Positions 21,641 to 31,145 of a DNA stretch of 64,000 bases are shown here, piece after piece (position 1 is the stretch's first letter; the number at the start of each line of letters is the position of its first letter). The notes beneath the pieces were generated by a model. It saw nothing but the letters and a program-made list of their open reading frames with translations. It did no database searches and had not been told where the DNA came from. A program made the translations under genes and the position numbers. The stretch is from assembly GCA_965224025.1 (NCBI GenBank), contig OZ245033.1, positions 960,001 through 1,024,000 of the forward strand, given 5' to 3'. This DNA is from Candidatus Multivorans sp. Lineage in GTDB: Bacteria; Acidobacteriota; Thermoanaerobaculia; Multivoradales; Multivoraceae.

Positions 21641-22960
21641 ATGGCAAAGCGGAAGGCGGAGCGTCTGGAAGTCGTTCACCCGGATTGCGCCGGTGTGGAC
21701 GTAGGCAAGCGCAAGCACTACGTGGCGGTGGCCCCGTCGCGTTTCGAGCGGCCGGTGCGCAATTTCTCGTCGTTCACGGAGGACCTCGAGGCGATGGCCT
21801 CGTGGCTTCAGGAGTGCGGCGTGCGTGAGGTGGCGCTGGAGTCGACGGGGGTGTACTGGATTCCGGTGTTCGAGGTGCTGGACCGGGCGGGGTTCGAGGT
21901 GCATCTGGTGAATCCTCGGGCGACCAAGCAGGTGAGTGGCCGCAAGAGTGACGTTCTGGACTGCCAGTGGATCCGGCAGTTGATGAGCTACGGGCTCCTG
22001 CGCGGTGCGTTTCGCGCGCCGGACGAGTTGTGTCCGCTGCGTTCGTACACGCGGCAGCGCGCCCAGTTGGTCCGCGACCGCAGCCGCGCGGTGCAGCACA
22101 TCCAGAAGGCTCTGGTGCAGATGAACGTGCAGTTGGACAACGTGCTGAGCGACATCATGGGCAAGACCGGCCAGTTGATCGTGCGCGCGATCGTCGCCGG
22201 CGAGCGCGACGGCGCGGCGCTGGCCCGTCACCGGGACGGTCGCTGCAAGGCTGGTCCGGCTGTGATCGCGGCGAGTTTGCAAGGCAACTGGCGAGACGAG
22301 CACCTGTTCGCTCTGGGCCAGGCGCTGGCCCGCTACGACATGCTGCAAGGCCAGATCGAGATGTGCGAGAAGCGCATCGACGCCGAGCTCGACGGCCTGG
22401 CCCAAGACGGCGTCGAGGACGCGCCGCCGCCCGGTTCGAAGGCGCGCGAGCGCGCCCTGCGGAAGCGGCTGCATCGCATGCTCGGCGTGGACCTGGTCGC
22501 CATTCCGACGGTCGGCGTCGAAACCGCGCTGACCTTCGCCGCTGAGATCGGCCCGGACCTGTCCCGGTTTCCCTCGCAGGGCAACTTCTGCTCGTGGCTG
22601 TGTCTGGCTCCACCGACCAACATCAGCGGCGACAAACGGCTGAACGGCCCTCCCGTGAAGCAGACCAACCGGGTCGGCCAGACGCTGCGCCAAGCCGCCA
22701 CCACAGCCCGCAACAGCAAGACCGCCATCGGAGCCTCTCACCGCCGGCGTCTCCAGCACATGGAGAAGGCGAAGGCCATCAAGGCCACCGCTCATCAACT
22801 CGGCCGACTGATCTACGCCATGCTGACCCACGGCGAAGAGTACGTCGAGCGCGACCTCGCCGAAATGGAGGCCGTCCGACGCGAACGACAAATCAGAAAC
22901 CTGCAGCGTCAGGCCCGCCGCCTGAATCTGGCTCTCGTGCCGACCGAACATGCCGCCTGA
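21641..22960 (+). CDS. IS110 family DEDD recombinase/transposase
   Basis: ATG after GGAGG. Motifs AGVDVGK, ALESTGVYW, GRKSDVLDC, and AEIGPDLSRFP..FCSWLCLAP..ISG (Tnp20 domain with catalytic Ser). Confidence 0.93.
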   Translation: MAKRKAERLEVVHPDCAGVDVGKRKHYVAVAPSRFERPVRNFSSFTEDLEAMASWLQECGVREVALESTGVYWIPVFEVLDRAGFEVHLVNPRATKQVSGRKSDVLDCQWIRQLMSYGLLRGAFRAPDELCPLRSYTRQRAQLVRDRSRAVQHIQKALVQMNVQLDNVLSDIMGKTGQLIVRAIVAGERDGAALARHRDGRCKAGPAVIAASLQGNWRDEHLFALGQALARYDMLQGQIEMCEKRIDAELDGLAQDGVEDAPPPGSKARERALRKRLHRMLGVDLVAIPTVGVETALTFAAEIGPDLSRFPSQGNFCSWLCLAPPTNISGDKRLNGPPVKQTNRVGQTLRQAATTARNSKTAIGASHRRRLQHMEKAKAIKATAHQLGRLIYAMLTHGEEYVERDLAEMEAVRRERQIRNLQRQARRLNLALVPTEHAA

Positions 22961-23117
22961 ATCGCGCAACCTGCGCTGCCAACAAGGAACCCCTACCCGT
23001 TTGTTCCATGCAAGCCTGTAGGGCATAGTCGCTGCTCTCCGTCATTTGGTCTGGTGTGTCTTGCAGGTGAGAATGGAGTTGCCCCGGTTTCGTGGTCAGT
23101 TCGGTTGTGGAGGCGTG

Positions 23118-24635
23118 ATGAGCAAGCAGTATCGTGGTTGGACTCAGGATCAGCTGTACCTGCTGCCTCCCTCGATGCGGGATTGGCTGCCGGAGGGTCA
23201 TCTGGCGTGGTTCGTTCTGGACGTGGTGGGTGCTGTGGACATCAGCGAGATCGAGCGTGCCATTCAGAGCAAGGACGGCCGGGGTCAGCGTCCGTACCAT
23301 CCCCGGATGATGGTGGCGTTGCTGGTGTACGCATACTGTTCGGGGTTGTACTCGTCTCGTCGTATTGAGCGTGCGTGTCAGGAGAGTGTGCCGTATCGCG
23401 TGATCACGGGGGATGTGCAGCCTCACTTCACGACCATCAACGAGTTTCGCCGGGTCCATCGGGGGCACTTCGAGTCGTTGTTCGTGGAGATTCTTCTGTT
23501 GTGCGGCAAGTCGGGTTTGGTGAAGCTGCAGCAGGTGTCAGTGGACGGCACGAAGGTGCGGGCCGACGCGAGCAAGCACAAGGCGATGAGCTACGGCCGG
23601 ATGGTGTCCGAGGAGAAGCGTCTGGGTGGCGAGGTCAAGCGTCTGATGGCTCTGGTCGAGTCGGCGGATACGGAGGAGGACGTTCTTCACGGTGCTGGGG
23701 TGCGTGGCGACGAGTTGCCGGAGGAGCTTTCCCGTCGTGAGAGCCGGTTGTCGCGGATTGAGGCGGCGAAGTCCCGGTTGGAAGCGGAGGCTCGGGAGAC
23801 TCGCGCCAAGGAGCTTCGGGATCAGGCCGCTGGCATGGAGGAAACGGCGTCGCGGCATGAGAAGCCTTCGGTGCAGAAGGGTCTTCGGACGCGGGCGTCG
23901 AATCGGCGTGGCGAGGCGGAGAAGCTGGCGCCTCCGGTCGAGGCCGAAGACAAGGCCATCGACGAGTTGCCGCTGAAGTCGACGCGGGCGACGGTGGAGG
24001 GTTTGCCGAGGGACGAGGCCCAAGGGAACTTCACGGACCCGGAGAGCAGCATCATGAAGGGGCGGGACGGTTTCGTTCAGGCGTACAACGCGCAGTTGGC
24101 GGTGGACGAGGAGGCTCAGGTGATCGTGGCGCAAGGCGTGACGAACCAGCCGCCGGACAACGGCAATCTCAGGCCGATGGTGGCGCGCGTGGCGGGCGCT
24201 CTCGGTGAGGCGCCGACGAACGTGACGGCGGATGCCGGCTACTGGCACTCGGAGGTGGAAGAGCAGGTGCGGGAGCTTGGCAGTGAGGCATGGGTATCGA
24301 CCCAGGGCAGTTCCTCCAGCGAACCCGGTCCCTCTGATGAGAATGCCGACACGATCGACCCGGTCAAGCGGATGCAGTCGCGTCTCGCGAGCTCCGAAGG
24401 GCGTGCTCTATATGCCCGCCGCAAGGCGGTAGTCGAACCGGTCAACGGACAGATCAAGGAGGCTCGAGGATTCCGCCAGTTCTCGTTTCGGGGCTTGGAA
24501 GCCGTGCGCACGGAATGGACCCTTGTCTGCTTGTGCCACAACCTCCTCAAACTGTTCGGCCACTGCCTCCAAACTGCCCAAGAGGCGGCCCATTCAGGTC
24601 AACTGGACGGGAATCCGCTGCCCCAAGCCGCCTGA
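23118..24635 (+). CDS. IS1182 family transposase
   Basis: LLPPSMRDWLPEGHLA, GQRPYHPRMM, SSRRIE, VDGTKVRADASKHKAMSY, NFTDPES, ADAGY, YARRKAVVEPVNGQIK and FRQFSFRGL. Confidence 0.93.
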   Translation: MSKQYRGWTQDQLYLLPPSMRDWLPEGHLAWFVLDVVGAVDISEIERAIQSKDGRGQRPYHPRMMVALLVYAYCSGLYSSRRIERACQESVPYRVITGDVQPHFTTINEFRRVHRGHFESLFVEILLLCGKSGLVKLQQVSVDGTKVRADASKHKAMSYGRMVSEEKRLGGEVKRLMALVESADTEEDVLHGAGVRGDELPEELSRRESRLSRIEAAKSRLEAEARETRAKELRDQAAGMEETASRHEKPSVQKGLRTRASNRRGEAEKLAPPVEAEDKAIDELPLKSTRATVEGLPRDEAQGNFTDPESSIMKGRDGFVQAYNAQLAVDEEAQVIVAQGVTNQPPDNGNLRPMVARVAGALGEAPTNVTADAGYWHSEVEEQVRELGSEAWVSTQGSSSSEPGPSDENADTIDPVKRMQSRLASSEGRALYARRKAVVEPVNGQIKEARGFRQFSFRGLEAVRTEWTLVCLCHNLLKLFGHCLQTAQEAAHSGQLDGNPLPQAA

Positions 24636-24804
24636 TGGCCACATCCCGGCCCAGCTATCACGGGCTGACACCCCCCAAACCCAAAGTGCCGACCTCCTCC
24701 ACTCCCCTACAACTGCGACGAACGCCTCAGCCCGTACCGCAGAGCCCGGATACCTCAGTGCTTGCCCCGCCGGCCAACCTATGGCCTACAAGCTCCTAGG
24801 CTCC

Positions 24805-26559
24805 GTGTCCACCACGACCTCGTCTCCCACACGCGATCAGCTTTCCCGTCTAGACCTTCTGATCGCGGTCTTCGTCACGGCCGTCGTGCTCCTGGCGGCG
24901 CCCTCCTCGGCCCAGGACTTCGCCGAGCTCCTGGAGATTCGCCGGGTCAAGGAAACCCTCGACCTGAGCCAGGTGCCGGAACCGGATCTGTCGACCGTGC
25001 CCGCGGGCGACGCGCAGCGGCTCCGGGACTACCGGGCGCTCACTGCGAACGGCCTCGAACATGCCCTGGAGCCCATGCAGGCGCAGTTGGCGGCGAACAC
25101 CTTCGGCGATCTCTGCGCGCGCTACCTGCACTATGAGCTTCACGAAGCGGCGACGGTCTGCCTGGACCAGCTTCGGGAACTGGCGCCGGGGGACTTCCAG
25201 TGGGCCTACTTCCAGTTGCTGCTGGACATTGCGAACGGCGACCTGGAAGGGGCTCTCTCAAGCGCCGAGCAAGCGCTCGCCATCCGGCCGGACGACCCGC
25301 CCACCCTGGTCCGCCTGGCCGAACTCCTTGTCGCCGCCGGCGATGTCGACGCCGCCGAAGCCGCCTACGACAAGGCCATCGCGGCCTACCCCGAGAGCGC
25401 GACGGCCCGCGTCGGGCTCGGCTACATCGCCCTCGAGCGCGGCGACCCGGCGAAGGCGCTCCAGATCTTCCAGGAGGTTGCCGCGTCCCAGCCCGAGGGC
25501 AGCGAGGCGAATCACCACGTCGGCCTCGCATACCGCGCCCTGGGCGACGCCGACCGGGCCGCCGAGGCGTGGCGGCTGAATCAGGACGTCCTGATCCCGA
25601 TGTACGACCCGCTGCTCAAGCGCCTGCGGCCGCTCGAACAGGATGTGACGCTGCCCCTCGACCGCGCCGTCGCCGCCGCCGCGGAAGGCGACCACGCACG
25701 GGCGATCGAGCTGTACGAGGAGATCCTCGCCGCGAACGAGGCGGACCACGAGGCGCACTTCCGGTTGGCCGGCTCGCTGCTCGTCGTCGGCGAAGACGAA
25801 CGCGGCGAACGCCACCTCCGCCGGGCCGTCGCACTCAACCCCGAGCACCCCGGCGCCCACTTCGCCCTGGCGATGTTCCTCGCTCGCGAGGGACGGCGCG
25901 CCGAGGGCGCACGGCACCTGGAAAGGGCCGCCGACCTGGCGCCGGACAACCTGCCATGGCGCCTGCAACGGGCACAAATGCGGGCCGCTTCGGGCAACAC
26001 CGCCGGCGCCATCGAGGAACTCGAGCAGCTCGTCGCCCTGGATCCCGGGATGATCGAGGCAAGGCGGATGTTCTCCGCCGTGCTGGTCGGCGCCGGTCGG
26101 GCGGACGAGGCAGCCGCCCAGTTGCAGGCACTGGTCGCTCTGACACCGGACGATCTGCAGGCGCGCTTCAACCTGGGACTCATGCTGTTCCAGACCGCAC
26201 GCTACGCGGAGGCCCGCCGGGCGCTCGACGAAACGCTGCAGCGCTTCCCCGCCGACATCGCGACGCGGCACCTCCTGGCGCGCCTGCTTGCCACCAGCCC
26301 CGACGACGCGACGCGGGACGGTGCCCGGGCAGTCGAACTGGCGCAATCGGTGATCGACAAACAACCGGCGGTCGACCACCTGGAAACGCTGGCGATGGCC
26401 CTGGCCGAAGCCGGCCGGTTCGACGACGCGGTCGCTTGGCAGCAGCGGGCGCTGGAACGGGAACGGGCCGAGGCCGGCGGTAACTCCTCCCAACGGCTCG
26501 ATCGCCTGGCGCTCTACCAGGCCCGCCAACCGCTGCGGGCGCCGCGGCGCCAGAACTGA
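24805..26559 (+). CDS. Exported tetratricopeptide-repeat protein
   Basis: Hydrophobic signal ending PSSA-QD, many TPRs, C-terminal RDGARAVELA..TLAMALAEAGRFDDAV motif. Start (GTG 24805) uncertain. Confidence 0.8.
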   Translation: MSTTTSSPTRDQLSRLDLLIAVFVTAVVLLAAPSSAQDFAELLEIRRVKETLDLSQVPEPDLSTVPAGDAQRLRDYRALTANGLEHALEPMQAQLAANTFGDLCARYLHYELHEAATVCLDQLRELAPGDFQWAYFQLLLDIANGDLEGALSSAEQALAIRPDDPPTLVRLAELLVAAGDVDAAEAAYDKAIAAYPESATARVGLGYIALERGDPAKALQIFQEVAASQPEGSEANHHVGLAYRALGDADRAAEAWRLNQDVLIPMYDPLLKRLRPLEQDVTLPLDRAVAAAAEGDHARAIELYEEILAANEADHEAHFRLAGSLLVVGEDERGERHLRRAVALNPEHPGAHFALAMFLAREGRRAEGARHLERAADLAPDNLPWRLQRAQMRAASGNTAGAIEELEQLVALDPGMIEARRMFSAVLVGAGRADEAAAQLQALVALTPDDLQARFNLGLMLFQTARYAEARRALDETLQRFPADIATRHLLARLLATSPDDATRDGARAVELAQSVIDKQPAVDHLETLAMALAEAGRFDDAVAWQQRALERERAEAGGNSSQRLDRLALYQARQPLRAPRRQN

Positions 26560-26628
26560 AGAGTCCTTGAAGAGGAAAGCAGGAGGCGATCTCTTGCCAT
26601 CTATTACCGCCCGGTTTACGCTTATCGG

Positions 26629-29600
26629 ATGGCTCCCAAGGTACCCAAGGTCGACGTGCCGGCCCGCAACATGGGGCTGTCCGGCTCGATGCGCAAGGGC
26701 AGCGACCACGGCAAACGCGGCGGCAACGGCCTGCTCGACGCCCGGGGCGAACCGAACCCCGGCTACGCCGCGCCGGGCGCGGTCAAGGAGCAACTGCGGC
26801 GGCGCCAGTTCCAGACTCCGCCCAGGCGCCGGCGCACACCGCCTCCGCCCTACGCCGAACTCCACGCTGCCTCGTCGTTTTCGTTCCTGCGCGGCTCGTC
26901 CCAGCCCGAGGACCTGGTGGCGCGGGCGGCGGCGCTGGAGCTGCCGGCAGTCGCCCTGCTCGACCGGAACGGCGTTTCCGGCGCGCCGCGCTTCTACAAG
27001 GCGGCGCGGGAGGCGGGGATTCGGGCGCTGGTCGGCGCCGAGGCGGTGATCGACCGGCCGCAGGCGTCGGCGGTGTCGCGGCAGCGCGAGGAGCGGCCGA
27101 TGCTGGACGACCAGGAAACCCGCGTCCAGCTCCTGGTGCGAAGCCGGCAGGGCTACCGCAACCTCTGCCGCCTGCTGACCGCCGGGGCGCTCAACCACCC
27201 CAAGGGCGAGGCCCGGATCGACTGGACTCTGCTCGAGGAGCACGCGGCGGGGCTCCACTGCCTGGCCGGCGCCGCGGCCGACCCGGTCGGACGGGCGCTG
27301 GCCCGGGAAGGGCTGGAGGCCGCCCAGCGGCAGCTCGAACGACTGCACGCCGTCTTCCCCGGCCGCCTGCACGTGGAGCTCGCGCGGCACGGCATCCGCG
27401 CCGAGGAACATCGCAACCAGGCCCTGGTTCGGCTGGCGGAGAGGCTCAAGGTCCCGCTCGTCGCCACCGGCGGCGTGCGCTACGCCACCGCCGCCGACAA
27501 GCCCCTCCACGACCTGATGACCGCGATCCGGCACCACGTGACGGTCGACGACGCCGGCGCCCGCCTCGCCCGCGAGCGCCAGCGCCGCCTCAGGAGCCAG
27601 GAGGAGATGCACCGGCTGTTCGCCGATCTGCCGCGGGCCGCCTACGCGGCGCACGAACTGGCCGCGGAACTCGACTTCACCCTCGACGATCTCGGCTACC
27701 GCTTCCCGGACTACCCGCTTCCCGACGGCGAGACGGCGATCGCCCACCTCCGCGGGCTGACCTGGCAGGGGGCGCGGGAGCGCTTCCGGCCGCTCACCGC
27801 CCGCGCCGGGGCGCAACTCGAGAAGGAGCTCGCGCTGATCGAGAAGCTCGACCTCGCCGGCTACTTCCTGATCGTCTGGGACATCGTCCGCTTCTGCAAG
27901 GAGCAGCGGATCCTCGCCCAGGGCCGCGGCTCGGCCGCCAACTCCGCCGTCTGCTACGCACTGTCGATCACCGCGGTCGACCCGGTCAAGATGGACCTCC
28001 TGTTCGAGCGCTTCCTGTCCGAGGAACGCGGCGAATGGCCGGACATCGACCTCGACCTGCCGTCCGGCGACCAGCGCGAGAAGGTCATCCAGTACGTCTA
28101 CCGGCGCTACGGCCGGCAGGGCGCGGCGATGACCGCGAACGTGATCACCTACCGCGACCGCATGGCCGCGCGCGAGGCGGCCAAGGCGCTGGGGTGCTCC
28201 AAGTCCCAGGTCGACCGGCTGGCCAAGGGGCTCGGCCACTGGCACTACGACCTCTCCCGCGGCGACAGCAAGCAGATGGACGAGGAACTGACCGAACTCG
28301 GGTTCGATCCCCGCGACCGGCGCATCCAGATCTTCGTCCGACTGTGGCGACAGCTCCAGAACCACCCCCGCCACTTGGGCCAGCACTCGGGCGGCATGGT
28401 GCTCTGCGCCGGCCGGCTGGACGAAATCGTGCCGCTCGAACCGGCGGCGATGGAGAACCGGGTGATCGTCCAGTGGGACAAGGACGACTGCGCCGACCTG
28501 GGGCTGATCAAGGTTGACCTGCTCGGCCTCGGCATGCTGAACGCGCTGGAAGAGGCGGTACCCATGATCCGCCGGCACGAGGGCAAGGAGATCGACCTCG
28601 CCCATCTGCCGCCCGACGATCCGGACGTCTACGAGATGATCTGCCGCGCCGACACGGTCGGGGTCTTCCAGATCGAGAGCCGGGCGCAGATGGCGTCCCT
28701 GCCGCGCCACCGGCCGTACAAGTTCTACGACCTGGTGATCCAGATCGCGATCATCCGTCCCGGCCCGATCGTCGGCGGCATGGCCCATCCCTTCTTCGAG
28801 CGCCGGGTGGGCCGCGAGGAGGTCACCTACCCCCACCCGCTGCTCGAGCCGATCCTGCGGCGCACCCTCGGCGTGCCGATCTTCCAGGAGCAGATTCTCA
28901 AGATCGCCATGGTCGCGGCCGGCTTCTCCGGCGGCGAGGCGGAGGACCTGCGGCGCGCGATGGGCTTCAAGCGCTCCGTCGAGCGCATGCAGCAGATCGA
29001 GCAGCGGCTGCGCTCCGGCATGAACGAGCGCGGCATCCGCGGTGAAGCCCAGGAGCAGATCGTCAAGGCGATCACGTCGTTCGCGCTCTACGGCTTCCCC
29101 GAGTCGCACTCCGCCAGCTTCGCCCTGATCGCCTACGCCAGCGCCTACCTGAAGCGTCACCACCCGACCGCCTTCTTCCTGTCGCTCCTGAACGCCTGGC
29201 CGATGGGCTTCTACCACCCGGCGACCCTGGTCCGCGAAGCGCAGCGCGCGGGCAGCGTCGTGCTGCCGATCGACGTCAACGAATCGGGGGTCAGGTGCCG
29301 CTGGCAGGACCGGCCGGAGAACGCCGGCGAGCCGGCGCGGCAGAGCGAACCGCCCCCGCCGGGCGCGATCCGCCTCGGGCTCCGCTACATCAAGGGGATG
29401 CGGCGCGAAGCGGCCGAACGGATCGAAGCCGAGCAGGCGGCGAGACGCTTTGTGAGCATCGAGGACCTGGCCGGGCGCTGCCGCCTGCGCCGGAACGAGC
29501 TTGTGGCGCTGGCGTCCATCGGCGCGTTGGGCGGGCTGAGTGAAGACGCCGGGTCGGATGCGGGCAGGATGCCCGCGTTCCCAGGGGGAAAGCTCGCGTT

Positions 29601-30147
29601 ACCTGATCAGGCCAAATCGAATCGCAAGGGCCTCGGCCGGCGCGCCGCGCTGTGGCAGGCGGCCCAGGTCGAAAAGCCAAAGGGTCCCCTGTTCGCGGAT
29701 CTCTCAACCGCCAGTCCGTCGCCGCTCGACGAGATGACGCCCATGGAAGAGACGGCGGCCGACTTACGCGTAGCCTCGATCACCACGGGACCCCACCCGA
29801 TGGAGTACTACCGCCGCGCTCTCGATCGGCGCCGCGTCGTGTCCGCCGCGGCGCTCCCGAACAAGCCCGCCGGGCGACGCGTACGCACCGCCGGCTCCGT
29901 CATCGTCCGCCAGCGCCCCGGAACCGCCCGCGGCCTGCTGTTCCTGACCCTGGAGGACGAGACCGGGATGAGCCAGGCGGTCGTCATGCCGGACCAGCTC
30001 AAGAAACACCGCCGCACGATCGTCTCCTCCTCCGGCCTGATCGTCGAAGGTGTCCTGCAGAAGAAGGACGGCTCGCTATCCGTCAAGGCGGACAAGTTCT
30101 GGCCGATCGACCGCCTGGAGCGGATCCCGAGCCATGACTTCCGGTAG
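26629..30147 (+). CDS. dnaE2: Error-prone DNA polymerase DnaE2 (ImuC)
   Basis: YAELHAASSFSFLRG PHP domain, GRGSAANS, PDIDLD, YGFPESHSASFA, OB fold VRQRPGTARG and the DnaE2-type C-terminal SHDFR. Confidence 0.95.
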   Translation: MAPKVPKVDVPARNMGLSGSMRKGSDHGKRGGNGLLDARGEPNPGYAAPGAVKEQLRRRQFQTPPRRRRTPPPPYAELHAASSFSFLRGSSQPEDLVARAAALELPAVALLDRNGVSGAPRFYKAAREAGIRALVGAEAVIDRPQASAVSRQREERPMLDDQETRVQLLVRSRQGYRNLCRLLTAGALNHPKGEARIDWTLLEEHAAGLHCLAGAAADPVGRALAREGLEAAQRQLERLHAVFPGRLHVELARHGIRAEEHRNQALVRLAERLKVPLVATGGVRYATAADKPLHDLMTAIRHHVTVDDAGARLARERQRRLRSQEEMHRLFADLPRAAYAAHELAAELDFTLDDLGYRFPDYPLPDGETAIAHLRGLTWQGARERFRPLTARAGAQLEKELALIEKLDLAGYFLIVWDIVRFCKEQRILAQGRGSAANSAVCYALSITAVDPVKMDLLFERFLSEERGEWPDIDLDLPSGDQREKVIQYVYRRYGRQGAAMTANVITYRDRMAAREAAKALGCSKSQVDRLAKGLGHWHYDLSRGDSKQMDEELTELGFDPRDRRIQIFVRLWRQLQNHPRHLGQHSGGMVLCAGRLDEIVPLEPAAMENRVIVQWDKDDCADLGLIKVDLLGLGMLNALEEAVPMIRRHEGKEIDLAHLPPDDPDVYEMICRADTVGVFQIESRAQMASLPRHRPYKFYDLVIQIAIIRPGPIVGGMAHPFFERRVGREEVTYPHPLLEPILRRTLGVPIFQEQILKIAMVAAGFSGGEAEDLRRAMGFKRSVERMQQIEQRLRSGMNERGIRGEAQEQIVKAITSFALYGFPESHSASFALIAYASAYLKRHHPTAFFLSLLNAWPMGFYHPATLVREAQRAGSVVLPIDVNESGVRCRWQDRPENAGEPARQSEPPPPGAIRLGLRYIKGMRREAAERIEAEQAARRFVSIEDLAGRCRLRRNELVALASIGALGGLSEDAGSDAGRMPAFPGGKLALPDQAKSNRKGLGRRAALWQAAQVEKPKGPLFADLSTASPSPLDEMTPMEETAADLRVASITTGPHPMEYYRRALDRRRVVSAAALPNKPAGRRVRTAGSVIVRQRPGTARGLLFLTLEDETGMSQAVVMPDQLKKHRRTIVSSSGLIVEGVLQKKDGSLSVKADKFWPIDRLERIPSHDFR
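29555..29586 (-). repeat. REP-like palindromic element inside the dnaE2 coding sequence
   Basis: Reverse complement CCCTGGGAACGCGGGCATCCTGCCCGCATCCG equals 5924-5956 except for one C. Confidence 0.75.
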
Positions 30148-30156
30148 GAAAGCGAG

Positions 30157-30191
30157 CCTTGACAAGGAACCGATCCTTGCTACGGTAAGGA
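30157..30191 (+). promoter_or_regulatory. Sigma70-like promoter with overlapping operator palindromes for the TA operon
   Basis: TTGACA (30159-30164), 16-nt spacer, TACGGT (30181-30186). Palindromes CCTT-GAC-AAGG and TCCTT-N8-AAGGA. ATG 6 nt after the -10 suggests a leaderless mRNA. Confidence 0.65.
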
Positions 30192-30192
30192 C

Positions 30193-30489
30193 ATGAGCAA
30201 GGTCACGAGCAAACTCCAGTTGACCCTGCCGAAGGCGCTCGCCGTGGAGTACGGCATACGACCCGGTGACGATGTGCGCTTCGAGGGCGCCGGCGAGGTG
30301 ATCCGTATGGTCCCCGAAGATGCGGACCGCGCCCCGGCCGGCCTGGATGCGGAGGCTCGACTGCTGCTCTTTGACGCGGCCACGGCTCGCCAGGAGGAGC
30401 GCCAGGCCCGGCGGCGAACGCGCGGCCAGGCCAGCCGAGGGTGGACACGGGAGGAACTCTACGAACGTGGCCGCCCGCGTACTGATTGA
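30193..30489 (+). CDS. AbrB/MazE-type antitoxin
   Basis: MSKVTSKLQLTLPKALAVEYGIRPGDDV...GWTREELYER. Confidence 0.88.
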   Translation: MSKVTSKLQLTLPKALAVEYGIRPGDDVRFEGAGEVIRMVPEDADRAPAGLDAEARLLLFDAATARQEERQARRRTRGQASRGWTREELYERGRPRTD

Positions 30490-30901
30490 CACGAACGTCC
30501 TCGTCTACCGCTACGACCATCGCTTCCCGGACAAGCAGGCGACGGCTACCGGCGTTCTGCGCGAGTACCTCCAGACCGGCGTCGCGCGCGTCCCGCACCA
30601 GGCGGTCGTCGAGTTCGTCGCGGCGACAACCCGGGGGCGGCTCGGCCAACGGCTGCTCGAACCGGCCGACGCTCGACGCGAGGCCGAAGAAATCATGGCC
30701 CAGTTCCCCGTGATCTACCCGGACGATGCGGTGCTGCGCACGGCTCTGCGCGGGGCGGCGGCCTACGGCCTGTCCTGGTTCGACGCACACCTGTGGGCCT
30801 ACGCCGAAGTCCACGGCCTGTCCGAACTTCTGTCCGAGGACTTTCAGCATGGCCGCATGTACGGAACGGTCACCGTACGCGATCCGTTCCGCGACGCCTG
30901 A
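30467..30901 (+). CDS. vapC: PIN-domain (VapC-like) toxin
   Basis: LIDTNVLVY...LSWFDAHLWAYA...LLSEDFQHG...DPF; overlaps the antitoxin gene. Confidence 0.88.
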   Translation: MAARVLIDTNVLVYRYDHRFPDKQATATGVLREYLQTGVARVPHQAVVEFVAATTRGRLGQRLLEPADARREAEEIMAQFPVIYPDDAVLRTALRGAAAYGLSWFDAHLWAYAEVHGLSELLSEDFQHGRMYGTVTVRDPFRDA

Positions 30902-30929
30902 CCTGTCGGGACTGCGGAGAAGCCGGTCT

Positions 30930-31145
30930 GGTTCGGTCATCGTCCGCCAGCGCCCGGGTTCCGCCCGCGGCCTGCTGTTCCTGACCCTGGAAGACGAGGC
31001 CGGGATGAGCCAGGCGGTCGTCATGCCCGACCAGATCAAGAAGCAGCGCCGCCTCCGGCCTGATCGTCGAGGGCGTTCTTGCAGAAGAACGACGGCTCCT
31101 CATCCGTGAAGGCGGACAGGTTCTGGCCCATCGACCGCCTGGAGC
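30930..31145 (+). pseudogene. Degenerate duplicate of the dnaE2 3' end
   Basis: Aligns with 29893-30121 (GSVIVRQRPG..LLFLTLEDE..WPIDRLE), with indels. Confidence 0.9.

Larger units (their letters stand above)
21361..23014 (+). mobile_element. IS110-family element bounded by an AG core dinucleotide
   Basis: AG at 21361-21362 and 23013-23014. Removing the element with one AG restores the IS1182 IR exactly. Confidence 0.88.
21360..24795 (+). mobile_element. IS1182-family element with CTAG target duplication; left IR interrupted by IS110
   Basis: CTAG at 21356-21359 and 24796-24799. The reconstructed left IR GAG+CCTGTAGGGCATAG matches the reverse complement of 24779-24795 (GAGCTTGTAGGCCATAG) at 15/17. 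Confidence 0.88.

Noticed and set aside
23001-23014. Junction promoter formed on IS110 circularisation (TTGTTC as -35)
   Set aside because: The hexamer 17 nt downstream in the circle (CGTTGT) is a poor -10, so it is not supportable by eye.
24523-24804. Long N-terminal extension of the TPR ORF
   Set aside because: It lies inside IS1182; the plausible start is after the CTAG TSD.
26560-26628. LexA/SOS box upstream of dnaE2
   Set aside because: No convincing known LexA motif was seen.
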